A stretch of DNA of 64,000 nucleotides from Gordius albopunctatus (lineage: Eukaryota): NCBI GenBank assembly GCA_964276515.1, contig OZ193909.1, forward strand, positions 5,146,001-5,210,000. Direction: 5' to 3'. Every line of letters begins with the position of its first letter. Position 1 is the first letter of the stretch. The notes beneath the pieces were generated by a model that was not told where the DNA came from, made no database searches, and saw nothing but the letters and a program-made list of their open reading frames with translations. The position numbers and the translations under genes were made by a program. Positions 23,783 to 37,300 of this stretch are shown here, one piece after another.

Positions 23783-25952
23783 ACAAGTGCTTTTAAGAAT
23801 ATGTTTGATATATAATAGCTGTTAAATGCTTAGATTTTCTGAAGAAACTAGGTTGGCTGTAATAAAGTTTTTGGGCAGTTTGATTTCTTATTAAATTGAG
23901 TAGGGTAAAGGTTATATTAATCCTTATGAGGGTAACGCTAAAGATGTTGAAGACCTGAAGTATTGCTATTAGTCATTTTTACTATCTACACTTGCGAATT
24001 TTATTTGATTTATCCTTCGATACTGTGAAATGTTTGAACAGCATGCTCTTTTTTGAGTTGGATGATGAACTTGTTTACGCATAAACTCATTTTAAATCTA
24101 AATCTTTATATTATATAATAATGCCATACAAATAAGTAATAAATACATAATTAATTGTTAATATACCCTAAGGGTTACAAATAATATTGTCTATTGTAAA
24201 GGATTATATTACAAATTAGAAATTCGTACGAAGCGGATAATTAGATGCGGTGCGTAAGTAATTTAGTATCAAAATTTTTAAAATTATATTAATTTGCATT
24301 TAATATCCTAAATCTAAATCTCATATGAGAAAAATTCCTTAATTAGCTATTAAGTCTCAAAATTTAAAAATAAAAATTAAATCCGAGATCTTGCTGATAA
24401 AATCTCTTCTCGTCTCTAGGTAAAAATTCTCCTCTCTATCTCGATTCAATTTTACAAATTCTCGTCTCGTCGAGACCGAGATTTTTCTCGATTTTTTTCG
24501 CATCACTAGACGTGCTAAAAGAAACGCGCTGAAATGAAATCTAAGCTCAAGAGTTTAAAGATGGATACAAGATACGCTTATGGGGCCAATATTCTGCTAA
24601 CGAATAGTTCATAAGCAACTGTTAGAAGTCAAATGATGTTCAGACAGGCGGATGCGGGTTAAGATGGATATCAAGGAGGCATACTAATCCGTATATGTTC
24701 TTATGCGCAAATTGGTAGAATGGAAATAGAAGAAAAAACTTTCTTTCAACTCTTTGGGAGATACAAGGAATTCGATAGAAGGTTTCATATCCTTAAGGAT
24801 ACGAATAAAAATGATTTGAAGGATGAAAGATAGGATAATATATTGGGACGTATAAGCGCGTGGGGGGAAGGAAAAGTAACACATACGTAAGTAAAATTAA
24901 ATGTAATAGAGTTCTAGGAGTTCAGTGTTGTTGAGTGCAACTTTCTTTTATCTAGAGATCGAGACGGCGTCTCTAATCTCTTACAATCAAAGTTTTAACA
25001 TTTTATACGTACGATTAAAATTATAAATTTCAACCATCTGGCATCCGGGGGGGGGGGGATATATACGGATACGACACCTTCCCTTTTTCAAAAAGTTATA
25101 TGGCCAGCGGTATAGATATATGTAGACAAACAAATAATCTATCTAATTAAAAGTAAATGTTTTTTACAAAATCATCTGTGGCTTACAATATTAAAACATA
25201 TCATACTAATAGAAGTTATACAAAATTTAACATCGGGTCTTATTATATACGACAGAAGGAACATCTTTTTAATGGGAAAAAAATTAACAATAACGGGGAA
25301 AGATCGTTACGACTATGCAACAAGGCAATGCTCTACACCTACTTTTAACCCTCCGTAGGTTGGGTCAAAATTGCTAACACTGATGGTATTTAGGGTCATA
25401 GTAACCCAAACTTCAAATAGCTATAATTTGGTTGTTTTAGAATATAAACTTGTCAAAAATTGTAAGAATATACATAGATTAATATATTAATTTGGCTATT
25501 TGATCAAGAGGTTAAAATTAGAACAACCCCCAAAATTCTTCCCCTTAAAAATATTTTGGCTCATACCAAAAAAATATATTTCATTTTATGGTTTAATTAA
25601 TAAGATTATATAAAAAAAGGTTGAAACTATAAATGTGTTTATAAACCATTATTTTATTTATTTATATTAAATAGTTTGTTAAACCCCAATAATTTTGACC
25701 GTATACTGTAACATTTTTATTATACTTTTAAATATCTAATTCGAGAAAACTTGAGCCTTGTATGTATGACGTCATTATTGTATATGATGCTATAAATGAA
25801 ACTGGCCGGGAAATGTCCGATATTTTTAAAACGAAAAGGAGTTTTCTGAATCTGAAAAAGCTATTTTACCCCTGGCCGCCCTGGTCATCCTCGGCTAAAT
25901 TTTCGCGCGAATTGGGGCGGTAGTTTCAGAATTTAGCCCCTATCCACATATA

Positions 25953-26630
25953 TACATACATACATACATACATACATACATACATACATACATACATACA
26001 TACATACATACATACATACATACATACATACATACATACATACATACATACATACATACATACATACATACATACATACATACATACATACATACATACA
26101 TACATACATACATACATACATACATACATACATACATACATACATACATACATACATACATACATACATACATACATACATACATACATACATACATACA
26201 TACATACATACATACATACATACATACATACATACATACATACATACATACATACATACATACATACATACATACATACATACATACATACATACATACA
26301 TACATACATACATACATACATACATACATACATACATACATACATACATACATACATACATACATACATACATACATACATACATACATACATACATACA
26401 TACATACATACATACATACATACATACATACATACATACATACATACATACATACATACATACATACATACATACATACATACATACATACATACATACA
26501 TACATACATACATACATACATACATACATACATACATACATACATACATACATACATACATACATACATACATACATACATACATACATACATACATACA
26601 TACATACATACATACATACATACATACATA
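25953..26630. repeat. (TACA)n microsatellite, ~680 bp, no visible interruptions
   Basis: Direct reading of the sequence. It produces the artefactual MYVC ORFs. Confidence 0.99.
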
Positions 26631-28324
26631 GGGGGGCACGGATTTTAAATATAAAGGGGTTATAAAGCTTTTAGGACAGTACATTGACCAGGAACTTTGG
26701 TATATGTTAAGCATACCATCAGAGAAAGAAAATTTAATATGGACAGTGGAATAAATCCAAAAAGTCAGTATCGATTTGTGACCGGCAAATTTACTTAGGA
26801 CACTATTTAAGTACTATGATGAAGGATCAATATATATAGGTAGAAAGAATTTTTTGGTCCTCTAGTAAGGGAGGGCTAAACGGTGCATCACTATTTCATA
26901 TGGTGCTGCTTTAGACGATCTTGCGAGTAAGCAAAGGATAGAGTTTTCGAAGTAGACAAAAATGCCGATTTATCATCTTGTGGCCATTCCACGTACTATA
27001 TTTAGATATATAATAAATCACGCTTATGCGCATAATTCAACTTTGTAGGGTGAAATTAGTTTTTAGTTTCGAGATGATAAATTGACGCAAATGAGGCCAA
27101 AATGTTTATAATTATTTAATTTTCAAAAAAAGTATACTAAAAAATATCATTAAAGGTAAATAGCTCTAAGAAATTAAACAAAGAAATTACCCGCTTACTT
27201 TTTAAGTCCTCCTTTACTGCTTCATTTTATTTAATTGCCAGTTAAACTTAACTGTTACCACTTTACCCAATTGACTGAATTCTTTACACAATTATATATA
27301 AGGCTGTATATTTCCCTATAATCATATTCGAATTTTGCTCTAATGAAATAAATGTTGTTAGCTTTTATTATTTCCCTGTTTACTAATTAGTATTTCATTA
27401 TTAATGAGTGAACTTTATTTATTTTTGATTATATGGATGATTGAAGCAACATTTCGCGTTTTTCGAACGCATATTAAATAAAATGACCTTCGGGATAAGT
27501 GTTATTGACATGTTCTGTTACATTGTTTTATTGAAATTTTATTGATAGCAAAAATCATCTGCTAAATGTTAGGTATATCGTTCATTAAAGTTGGAGTGTC
27601 AAAAAAGGGGTTTGGTGGGACTTTGAAAACTTTTATTTAGATTTATTAAAAAATTGGTGTGTATTTAATGGCTTGCATTTTTGGCCTTTACACTTCAATG
27701 TCGGCATTATTTTTCTTCCCATCATATATTAGACATAGGCATTAAACAATTTTTTTTAGAATTAATTATAAATCTTTATTGAGGAAATAGCCCAGGGAAA
27801 AAAATCTGATTTTTAGAAGCACTTATAAAAAGGGTACCTACTCACTTGATGCCATGCAGTAAACGGTCAGGCTTTAGCATTTTAGAGTCTAGCCCACTCT
27901 ATTGGCACAGGCAATAAAGAGCAATATAAATCATGCCAATAAGTCTTTTTGAATTCAAATTTTCATATTCAAATGTCCTTGTTGCATTCAAATCGCAAAA
28001 CAAGGGGGTGAATAATGGTGCGCGTAAAATTTTATTTTGTATTTAAATTGTGTAATTAAGGCTGTGAATAATGATACGCGTGATATTTAATTTAAACGGT
28101 GCCATACCAAGTTTTAATAATCTTTGCTATAGTGTCCGGAATTGAGTAAGAGTTATCTCTGGGATTCGCCTACGAATAGAATAAAAGGCGTTTATTTTAT
28201 AAATGCAGAAATGGCAACTGCGATCAGTTGGAAGGCATTCATTTTCATATGGCGGTGGAGTATGATTCATTCGTCCCAAATCGCATTCCTATTATTTAGT
28301 TGAATAAATTGAAAATATATTACC

Positions 28325-31300
28325 ATGATCCTTTTATTCCTATTTTTATATATACCGTTCTTATTAGCACAGAAACCAAAGGATATTATATCGGAATATT
28401 TAAATCCTAGCAAGGAATATGAATTTTCTCGCATGGTATTAAATCCCAAATCAGGTACGACTATCCCAAAAATTTATTCAATTTGTTTTGATTTATAATA
28501 CAGTTTTTATATTGAGCATTTAGAATATTCTATTTAAAACATATATAGGATTTCCTATAATTAGATAATACATTTTTTAAAATAAGTTTGTACTTAATAA
28601 AATGTATAATAAAACAGTATTCTACCTCTAATATTTAACATTTTAATTATAATATTTGAGGATTAAAAATGCCTTAAAACATGTTTAACTAATGTCTTGC
28701 ACATCAGTTTTTCTTAAATGGGATATTCATTAACTTATAATTCGATCATTATACCCTTTAAAATTGATTTATTGATGTTTTATTTATTATACATTTGTTA
28801 AATAAAATTATAAGCATTCATTAAGTTGTTTTTAAAATCATAAAAAACTTTTTTGAAAGAATATTGTGTTATGGAAAATCTTAGTAGTAGTCATAATGTG
28901 CTATTTTATATAAGTTTAAACTTGTGCAAACTTTTTTGGCCACCAATTTTATGCTTTAAAATGTTAGTGCTTTATACATTGTTTTAAATTTAAATTATGT
29001 TAATACCAAACGATTAATTCACCACTTCAATCCTCATAAATGTTATATATATAATTTTTCATCATATTGAAACATGTTCTTTACAAATATAAAACATTAT
29101 TGTAATGTATATAAATTCAAGTAATTTGACATTCCTTTATAAAAATATTTTTGTTGCTTGCAAATAAAAACCCTAATAAAACATCATGCCTTATATAAAT
29201 TGCAGCTGAAGATTAAGTTTTGTCACAATTCTCCACACTCTTCATTTATTTTAAACGGTAATTTCAATTACACCATGGCACAGGGGAAAAGTTAGTGAAG
29301 CTTGAAACGAGTTATTTTAAATTACTTTTTCCCATTCGACATTTTTAGGTTAGTGACAACTAAAATTTAATATATACATCTCTCGTAGATTATTCCTTAT
29401 CTCTGCCACACACACATCCCTGACACAAGTGAAAGGAACAAATTGAATTTTGCCCAACGTTTGATAAGCCTGGCTAAAATGAATTTTTTAATTAAAGTAT
29501 TCTCACTGACGGTAGCGTTTACATTTGTCTAAATTTGTCTGAAAGCGAATGATTTAATTAGATGAACAGGGGGATGCAGGAAGGGACGGATGTGTCCTCC
29601 TCTAACCCCAAAAATTCTTTGAAATTCATTAAAGTTATGGCTAAAATTTCAACAAATTATTGATTTGCCCTTTCCTAAATCCTTATTGCCCCCTTGTAAT
29701 CCCAATGCTGGCTACTAAATTCGCCAAGTTAAAAGATATTGAAAATAAGCATTTTAAAAATCCAGTGATTATACCATCATCCCCTGACAAATTGCTTCGA
29801 TTTTAATGCTACGCTTATAATTTCCATAATTTCGATTACTTGGCTTCCCCACTTATAATTATTGGGCTTTATTTAATTTTAGAGGGGTCGCACAAGAGGA
29901 GAACTAAGGGAAGTGGTGGTGGTATAAGCTTCTTATTTTTTTGTAAAAACTCAAAAATGGCGACCAAATTGTCACGTTATAACTAGACTTGACGAGACCT
30001 CTTTTAAAATGGTTTTAATTATTTTTGGAAAATCAAAGGAGCGGTTATGGAGCGGCACTCCATTAGTTGGAGCGGGAGCGCTCCTTTTAATATGTAGTAG
30101 CGGGAGCGGGAGTTCGCTCCTTTTAAAAAGGAGCGTTAACAAGACTGCCTATGGGCGTCCAGGGGGTGCCAGGAATTCTTCAAAGTTTAATATAATTATG
30201 GCTGATGAAATAATAAAACCCATATCTCCTAAAAGATATGGATATTGTTGTAAAGTTGCTTTTAATTTATTTAATATGCTCTTGGGAATTCACTCGCCAG
30301 CCAGATGGTAGTAACATGCATAAATGACTTCACCTCCGTATATAATGATGTACAGACGGACTAGCACATACTCACATAATTTTTTCCCCCGCCTGTTTAG
30401 TTTAGTGACGTGCTTCAATTAAACTATGGTGATGATGAGAATAGTGTGGGCTGACATTAACCACACTCAAGTACCCTAGCCTTGGATTGTCAAGCGTGAA
30501 AAAATGCGACATTCGATGCTTTCCACACAAAACATGTTTAAAACGTGGTGGGAAATAAGAATTTTATACATTTGCTGTAAAATCAGATCAAGTTAATACA
30601 GGTAACGAGTAACTAACTAACTGTAAATTATCTTGAAAAGTTGCTGAAGCCAGTAGCAAATAATATTTAAAGTCCTAAAATCGTTAATTTTTCAATAATT
30701 TTAGAATTCTTGGGGGAAATTATTAGAAAATTTTCTTTGTCCTTACTCCCGGAATTAAATCTATGTAGATGATTTCGTGTTTAGATATTTTGTAAAATAA
30801 TTATTATATAATAGTAGCTTTGGAATTAAAGGTTGTAAGAAGTTGAGTAATCTTTTGCGAAGGGCACAAGGTTGATAAAAAATTTGTTTGCTTCGTGAGC
30901 ATATTTTTTGTGGATTTGAGGGCAGGCTAATGTTTAAAATGTTTTATTTCTACACAAATAATATCTCCATTGTACGTCTTGTTTGTCTGTTTCTTTAACT
31001 CAGTACACATGGTGATTATTATATGTACAAACCTCGAGAGGTTTTATCAATGTTTTTATAATATCTATTAATTATGATTAAACAAGGTTAAGCGTGTGAG
31101 TCCTGTCTAGTATACTATAGTGTAGGTGTTGAAGACATTAACATATGCGCGACAAATTTCTCACATTATAACAAAACACGAAAATAAACGAGGACGCCAT
31201 AGATTTCTTACTTACTCTGACAAATTCCAAGTTTTTAAACTCCCAATCTAATTGTTACTAATAAAAATTTTTGATACAAATTTGCGAAATGATCACGTTT

Positions 31301-34300
31301 AAATATAACACGTAATTAAGCAAATTTTGTAGCTGAAAGTTGAAGTTTTTTTGTTGTTGGGCCCATAGAGACCTTATGTTACATCGTGCTTTTGGCATAG
31401 TTAGCTGTTTACTTTGCTGTTTCTAATGTATATATTGTGTTTTAAAGCATGGCTAGCTTTCAACGCTCCCTTGAGTTTGACAAAAATTATTATAAACGGG
31501 AATGACGGGTCTTTATGACAAAATAAAATATTATTGATAGGGATGACCAAAAAACTTAAATTTTATTTTTCTAATTAACTGCAATTTATTCCTTTTGTGT
31601 GAGTTTGTTTGTTTGTTTCTTAGTTCATAAGTTTATTCTGACGTACTCCTTCAGGACAAAGAGTTAAAATTTTAAATATTTTAGCTTAGTTTTCTAGGGT
31701 ACGATCTATGGGCAGGGCATGTTATGCTTGGTATTTGAGTATAAAATATATTGAACTGAGTCAGGGACATTTTAGATAACGCGTTTCCACAATTTGTCAC
31801 GTATCTCCTCCTATAGAAGCATTTTGGCCGCCAGGCGACAATAAATTTAATTTTTTGGGCTACCCACAAAGCATGTATTTTTAGAACTCAATTCATCCTG
31901 ATTTTGTAATAAGTCCTTTACTAAAGAGATGTGATAACTATTTGCCTTTTTGTTGTTTTGTCTTGACCCTAAAAAGATTTACGATTATTTTAATATGACG
32001 CATTTTGAACTAATATATGAATTGAAGCATGAAAAGTTGTGGAAATCTTATGCGTAAAATTGGCTGATCGGATTCCATCCATCATTTGGCTATTCGGACA
32101 ATTTTGGGATATCTATCACATTTGACTTTCATACACATAGAGCCTAGGTTTTGTTAAAGTTTTGCCTAGTAGAGATACTTTACTCAAACAAAAATGGGTT
32201 ATCGTTATCACTAACCTTCGGTCAGTAGAAATTGTCACCTAAAATGTAAGTCCGATCAAAATATGCAGGAAGAAAACCTTAATTTACCTTGCTTTTAAGG
32301 CAACGAAGGAGACGGGCCCAAGGCTTAACACAGCGATTCAAAGTTACATAAAAGCTCCTTGTTGTTTAGCACTTTGTTGTAGCTACTACCCTTTAAGCAA
32401 AACTTTCGATAAGATCCTCCCCTTCAAGATTCCCAGGCTGTAAAACGTGGAACTGGCGAGGGAATTGAGATTAAAACGTAAAAATCCCCCCCCCCCCGCT
32501 TTATTTCCAGCGGAGTTGTTGTGGTTTACTTACACGGGGGAAAAGGAGCCTTAACTCCAAGGTTTTCCTTCTTCTCTCGCTTCGCCTCACTTAGTAGTCC
32601 AAGTGTTAATGTGGTGGGGAACGTTGGTTGGAGATTGTTAGATTAATATGTGAACGGAGTTGAGTGTTTGTGTGAGTGAGGCTTTAATTAATCGATTTTT
32701 AATTGAATTCAATCTCTCTCTCTCTGTCTCGATCGATCGATTGATTGATTTTTCTAATGGTCAGTACGATATGAGTTGGGGGAGGGAGGATCTCTTTATA
32801 TAAGACTACTACCAGGGGTCTGGGCTAGTTTTAACGGTGTGAAATACGTCTTGCTTTTACAAATTGCGTTGTTAAAATTGTTCACATTTTACGAATTGCG
32901 TGGCGTATTAAAAGGTTTACCTATAAAGATCTTGGACATGGATCTTATTTATTATTCGTTTGCCGGAGGACCTGTTATATTTTGAAGCAAATAATCTTTT
33001 GTTTCAATCTCGATAAGTTTGCGTGTTTCGTAGGGCCGGACACTTAGGTTTGGATAAAAAACTGTCTTACGTGCATCAAATCTTCACCCTTTTCCCATCA
33101 AATTAATATATATTTAATAACACAACGGCAAATATATGCGCCCCCGGCAAATAAATAGTTCGTAAAATGGTAAAACATCAATTTTTTATATAATATATAT
33201 ATATGTACTCCAACGATGCCAACAAAGACAAATTTTAATGGCGATCTCCGTCTCGTTGAAGCTCAAGGCTAGTTCATCACTACTAAGCGCTTCACTCACT
33301 CCAATTTTATTATTTAGCCATAAATGAATGATGGGATCGTGTCTACTTTGATCGTTCCTAGTTTCATATGATGGCTGGGCGGCCCGTTAAATTTAAAAGA
33401 TCTTCTGATGTAATGTCTGACCAATTTATATGTTAAAATCCTGTAAAAAGCTGCTTTGAATGAGTGTGCGTCGTTCGTGTTGCTGTAGTATGCTATGCAC
33501 ACATTCCTCACATTCTTTTGGGGCTTAGGCCGTCGGTGACAATTTCTTTAAACTGTATAGCTCTCCAGGCATCATTTTAGGATTCGGAAGTGAAAGAGGT
33601 CGTGGTGGCTCTATTACCTCCCACCCACGTTATATGTCTCTCGTGGGGTCTCTAAATACCCCAAATTTTTGATTAGCCTCCAGTTGTATGTCATACATAA
33701 ATTAGAAATTTATGAAATTCTCTCTAGCGATATATGTGACTTATCCAATTCAATCTCTACTTTTAGAGTTGTTAAATTGCTAACTTTTTTCAACTCCTCC
33801 AGCTACCTTCTGCTCGAGTTTCTGCTCGGTCCTCGAGCATTTTTATATGCTACTGCTCTGCTTAGCGCACCGAACAGCGAGCACACATTGTGCTAACGCG
33901 CATATTAAGCAACTCAGTATGCGTGCTCGCGTCTGGAGCTTGAAGAAAGTTAGCAATTTAACAACTCTATCTACTTTATTACACCACTTTATTGCTATCC
34001 AATTATTTTACATGTTACTTTACCAAGAGTCCCTATAGACTGCAAGCCTGCTAAATTGTCACCCAAGCTTCAATTTTAGAGTTAAAACGTGAGATACTAG
34101 TTTAAGAAATGTACTTCCACTAATTGACTCGCAGTGGAAAATTGGTAAAATTTGCACTTTGGCCCGGATTTTTTTATGATTTACTACTACAACTACTTAG
34201 AAAGAGATGCTAAAAACGTAAAATGTTTGATGCTATATATAATCTTTTCATCGAGAATGGGCCCATGCTGTCCGAAATATTGGAATCCCTTTCCTCTCCC

Positions 34301-37300
34301 CCCCCCCTTTCTTTATCAATCCGATGAGACCATTAATAAAAATTTCTCGTGGAATAAATTGGACATTTCTGAGTTTATATATAATGCTATTTGTTGCTTT
34401 GGTGGGGGCTTCTTGCAAACTGCACGGCATTTTTGACAACGCGCACGCTTACGATATTTTCTTCACTAACTTTTTGTTTATAACTCATCCCGCACGCAAC
34501 ACAAAATGACAAACGTCAAGGACCTTCTTTGGCTTCTACCCGCATCCCCCTCTTCTGTTTACCTGCTGACTTCCTAAACCTTTATTGTAGTACTCCGCGT
34601 AACGCTCGTGTCGGATCCTTTTGCTAGTAGCGCCAGTCTACCCCTCGCATAAATTAAGGCGATCGATGAAAAGTTTACTATGTATATTATAGTGTTGTTA
34701 GTGTAGGATGAGGGCCACTTTTTAGAACACTAGCCCCGACCCGACCCGGAAATCATTAGCAATTTTCACCTAAACTGCCGCGTTGATTAAAGCAGCTTGG
34801 CACTATTCGTAAAGCTCTCGGGAATATTGGCTGCGCTAATCGAGAGTTTCCAATTTGGGCAAATTCATTTTTATCTTTATCTAAACTCTCCTCGGCTCGC
34901 TTTCGAACCCGAACCCCATTATTAAATTTTAAAGTGACCCGCACACAAAATGTAGTATTAATTGGCGCAAACAAATTTTGGAATTTCGCTTTCATTTTTT
35001 CAAAGAAGAGTCCTTAGTCTTAGGTACTGTACTGCCTGACCCAGATGTTTTTGCCTTTAAAGTTGCAAGTTATTAATCGGGCGGGCATACGGAAAAGTGC
35101 AAAATCTTTTTAGTTCATGATGCCCCAACTAAGATTTAAAATTTTAAATTGTTTGAAACGCTTTTTATATTGATTGCTATGCAACTTAAAAATGTTTTTT
35201 AATGCAAAAACCCTTAAAAATTCAAAAATTTATGTTTTGCCCCCCCCCCCCTTAATCCAAAACCTGGCTACCCTCCATGTATATAAATTGAGGTCAAATT
35301 TTTGCTATATCGGACTTTGGGTTGACCCGAAATTCTCGAAACTTTCACCTTCGTTCTGACCCACAAATTTCGGGTTTTTGCTTTCTTTGGACTGCTTTTT
35401 TATTTATGCTTTTATATTTTACTAATCAAATAACAGAAAGCTAAAAGGAAACAATTTAGATTTCTCCTGGCTGTTAAGTAACCTTCTTAATTAATTTAAC
35501 CAAAGTGTATTGCCGCCGGTAGTCGCATTTGTCAGACATCGATTAATTCTTAGTGGGTTCAAAGTACCCCAGGCCACTTCTATTATGAAGGATTTAAAAA
35601 ATATTAATTAATTTATCAAATTATTTCAATTTAATAATGGTGAAAGTTATATTAGGGCCGTCTGTAAAGACACTCGTGTCATGTATGTAGAGCCGTGCAA
35701 AATGAAATTTCTTCTGCCCCAGCCCGACTTCTCAATTTTTATTTTACCCGAGCCCGGCCCGGCCCGAAAGATTTTTTGATTTAAGGCCCGACCCGATTTT
35801 TTAAATAAAATTTTTTAGAAATATATTTTTGAAAATTATTTCACCATCTTAATATGAAATGCCATGGGCGTATCCAGGTTTTGAATTAGGGGGTGGCAGA
35901 TAACAAAATTTTTTCCTTGACAATCCCAAAAAATTTTCCTGAAAGCAAAAAAAAGGTCTCAATGCATTATAAAAATGCATTACATTGTTTATTACACGTA
36001 TTTACAACTATGATAAGTTTGAAATAAAAAAATTTTCACTCGTTATAATTTATTTGGTTAATCATTTTAAGCTAAAAAAATTTAACTTTATAATATATAT
36101 TTTTAACACTTCAAACAAAAAAAACCTTTTGAAATATTTACTTATCTTATTTCTAAAGTTGTAACAGCTACTATAAATCTATTTAAATATACTAGAATAA
36201 GATTTGCAATTCAGGTTAGTTATATTATAATAGACAAGGGAAAAAGCTAAAGTTTGGAAGCTATATGAATTTTATTTAAATCCTATTTTATAAGAGATTA
36301 ATTTGTTTTAGTTCAATTCGGGCCAGGCTCGGGCGGCCCGATTAAATTATAGAATTTTGCCCGAGCCCGGCTCGTAACCCTATCGGGCCGGGTCGGGCTT
36401 CGGGCGGCTCGTGCAGGGCTCTACATGTATGTGACCAGTTAAACTACTATTAACCTCATTTTTTTTTAAATAAACTCTCTAGATTAGTATAAACCTTAGA
36501 TGAAATCTATTATTTATTACTAAGTAATAATATTTTTATCATCACACCACCACCTAATAACCTATGTTATGAGGATATCGATTATTTACCTATCTTCCTT
36601 CCCTATCATAGGTGATATCTTTTTGGCCGGGATCAATTACCTATATCGCTTAAAGGGGGCAGACCTAACGCCCGCGCTCATCCTGAAAACGGGCCCCAAG
36701 GAGAGCGCCGATCAATGCTACTTATCGGCGTCAGAAGCCACGCCCGACAGCGTCGTTTTCGCCGCCTTAGGGCCAGGATCTTCTCCCTCACCCCCCACAA
36801 TCTCGAGTGGTGGGGGTAGTAACGCCTGTCTCGGGCACACCCTCCACATGGAACCATACGTCAATCAAGCCCTGCTCTACGACCCCGCCCGCGACATTAT
36901 CATCGATTGTCAAACCCTGTTTCGGGGTGCCTGTCTGCTCCGCGACCCTCACACTCTCTCGTCTCGTCGGGTGCCGATCGCCTCACTCACACGCACCACC
37001 GACCCCGCCCTCTACCCCACCACTCTGTTTACGGGTAAAGTACCGACCCTACCTTCTCCTTGTCTCGCTCTGCTCACCTCGCCACCCCTCAACTCTTCCA
37101 CCCTCACCCCTCAAAATCTGATGTTGGTGAGCGCGGGTGCCCCCTTGTTCCGGGGTTATTACCTCGCTCTATACGCCCTGGACCCACCCTCCTCCATTTT
37201 CAACTTTCGAACGCGCGCCCTTCACGGCCTGAGCGCGTTGGGGTTTATGAAGGAAGCGCGTCGCGCTGTACATGCTTACACCTACGACGCTCCCGAGTAC

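Larger units (their letters stand above)
20904..24508 (-). mobile_element. Decayed hAT transposon with transposase remnants, carrying nested insertions
   Basis: TAGTG...CACTA ends, TCTCG subterminal repeats and a degenerate TSD tacttgct/gacgtgct. hATC dimerisation motif FLSTPATSVSAERLFS at 22202-22438. BED-finger-like MTNSNTSGLQHL..H near 23920-24000. Confidence 0.82.

Noticed and set aside
24510..24900. Possible LINE 3' remnant (LTRIRLSEHHL-like peptide on the minus strand)
   Set aside because: One weak motif among many stops is not enough support.
25926..26714. Three 229-262 aa MYVC-repeat ORFs
   Set aside because: They are translations of the (TACA)n microsatellite, open in all three minus frames.
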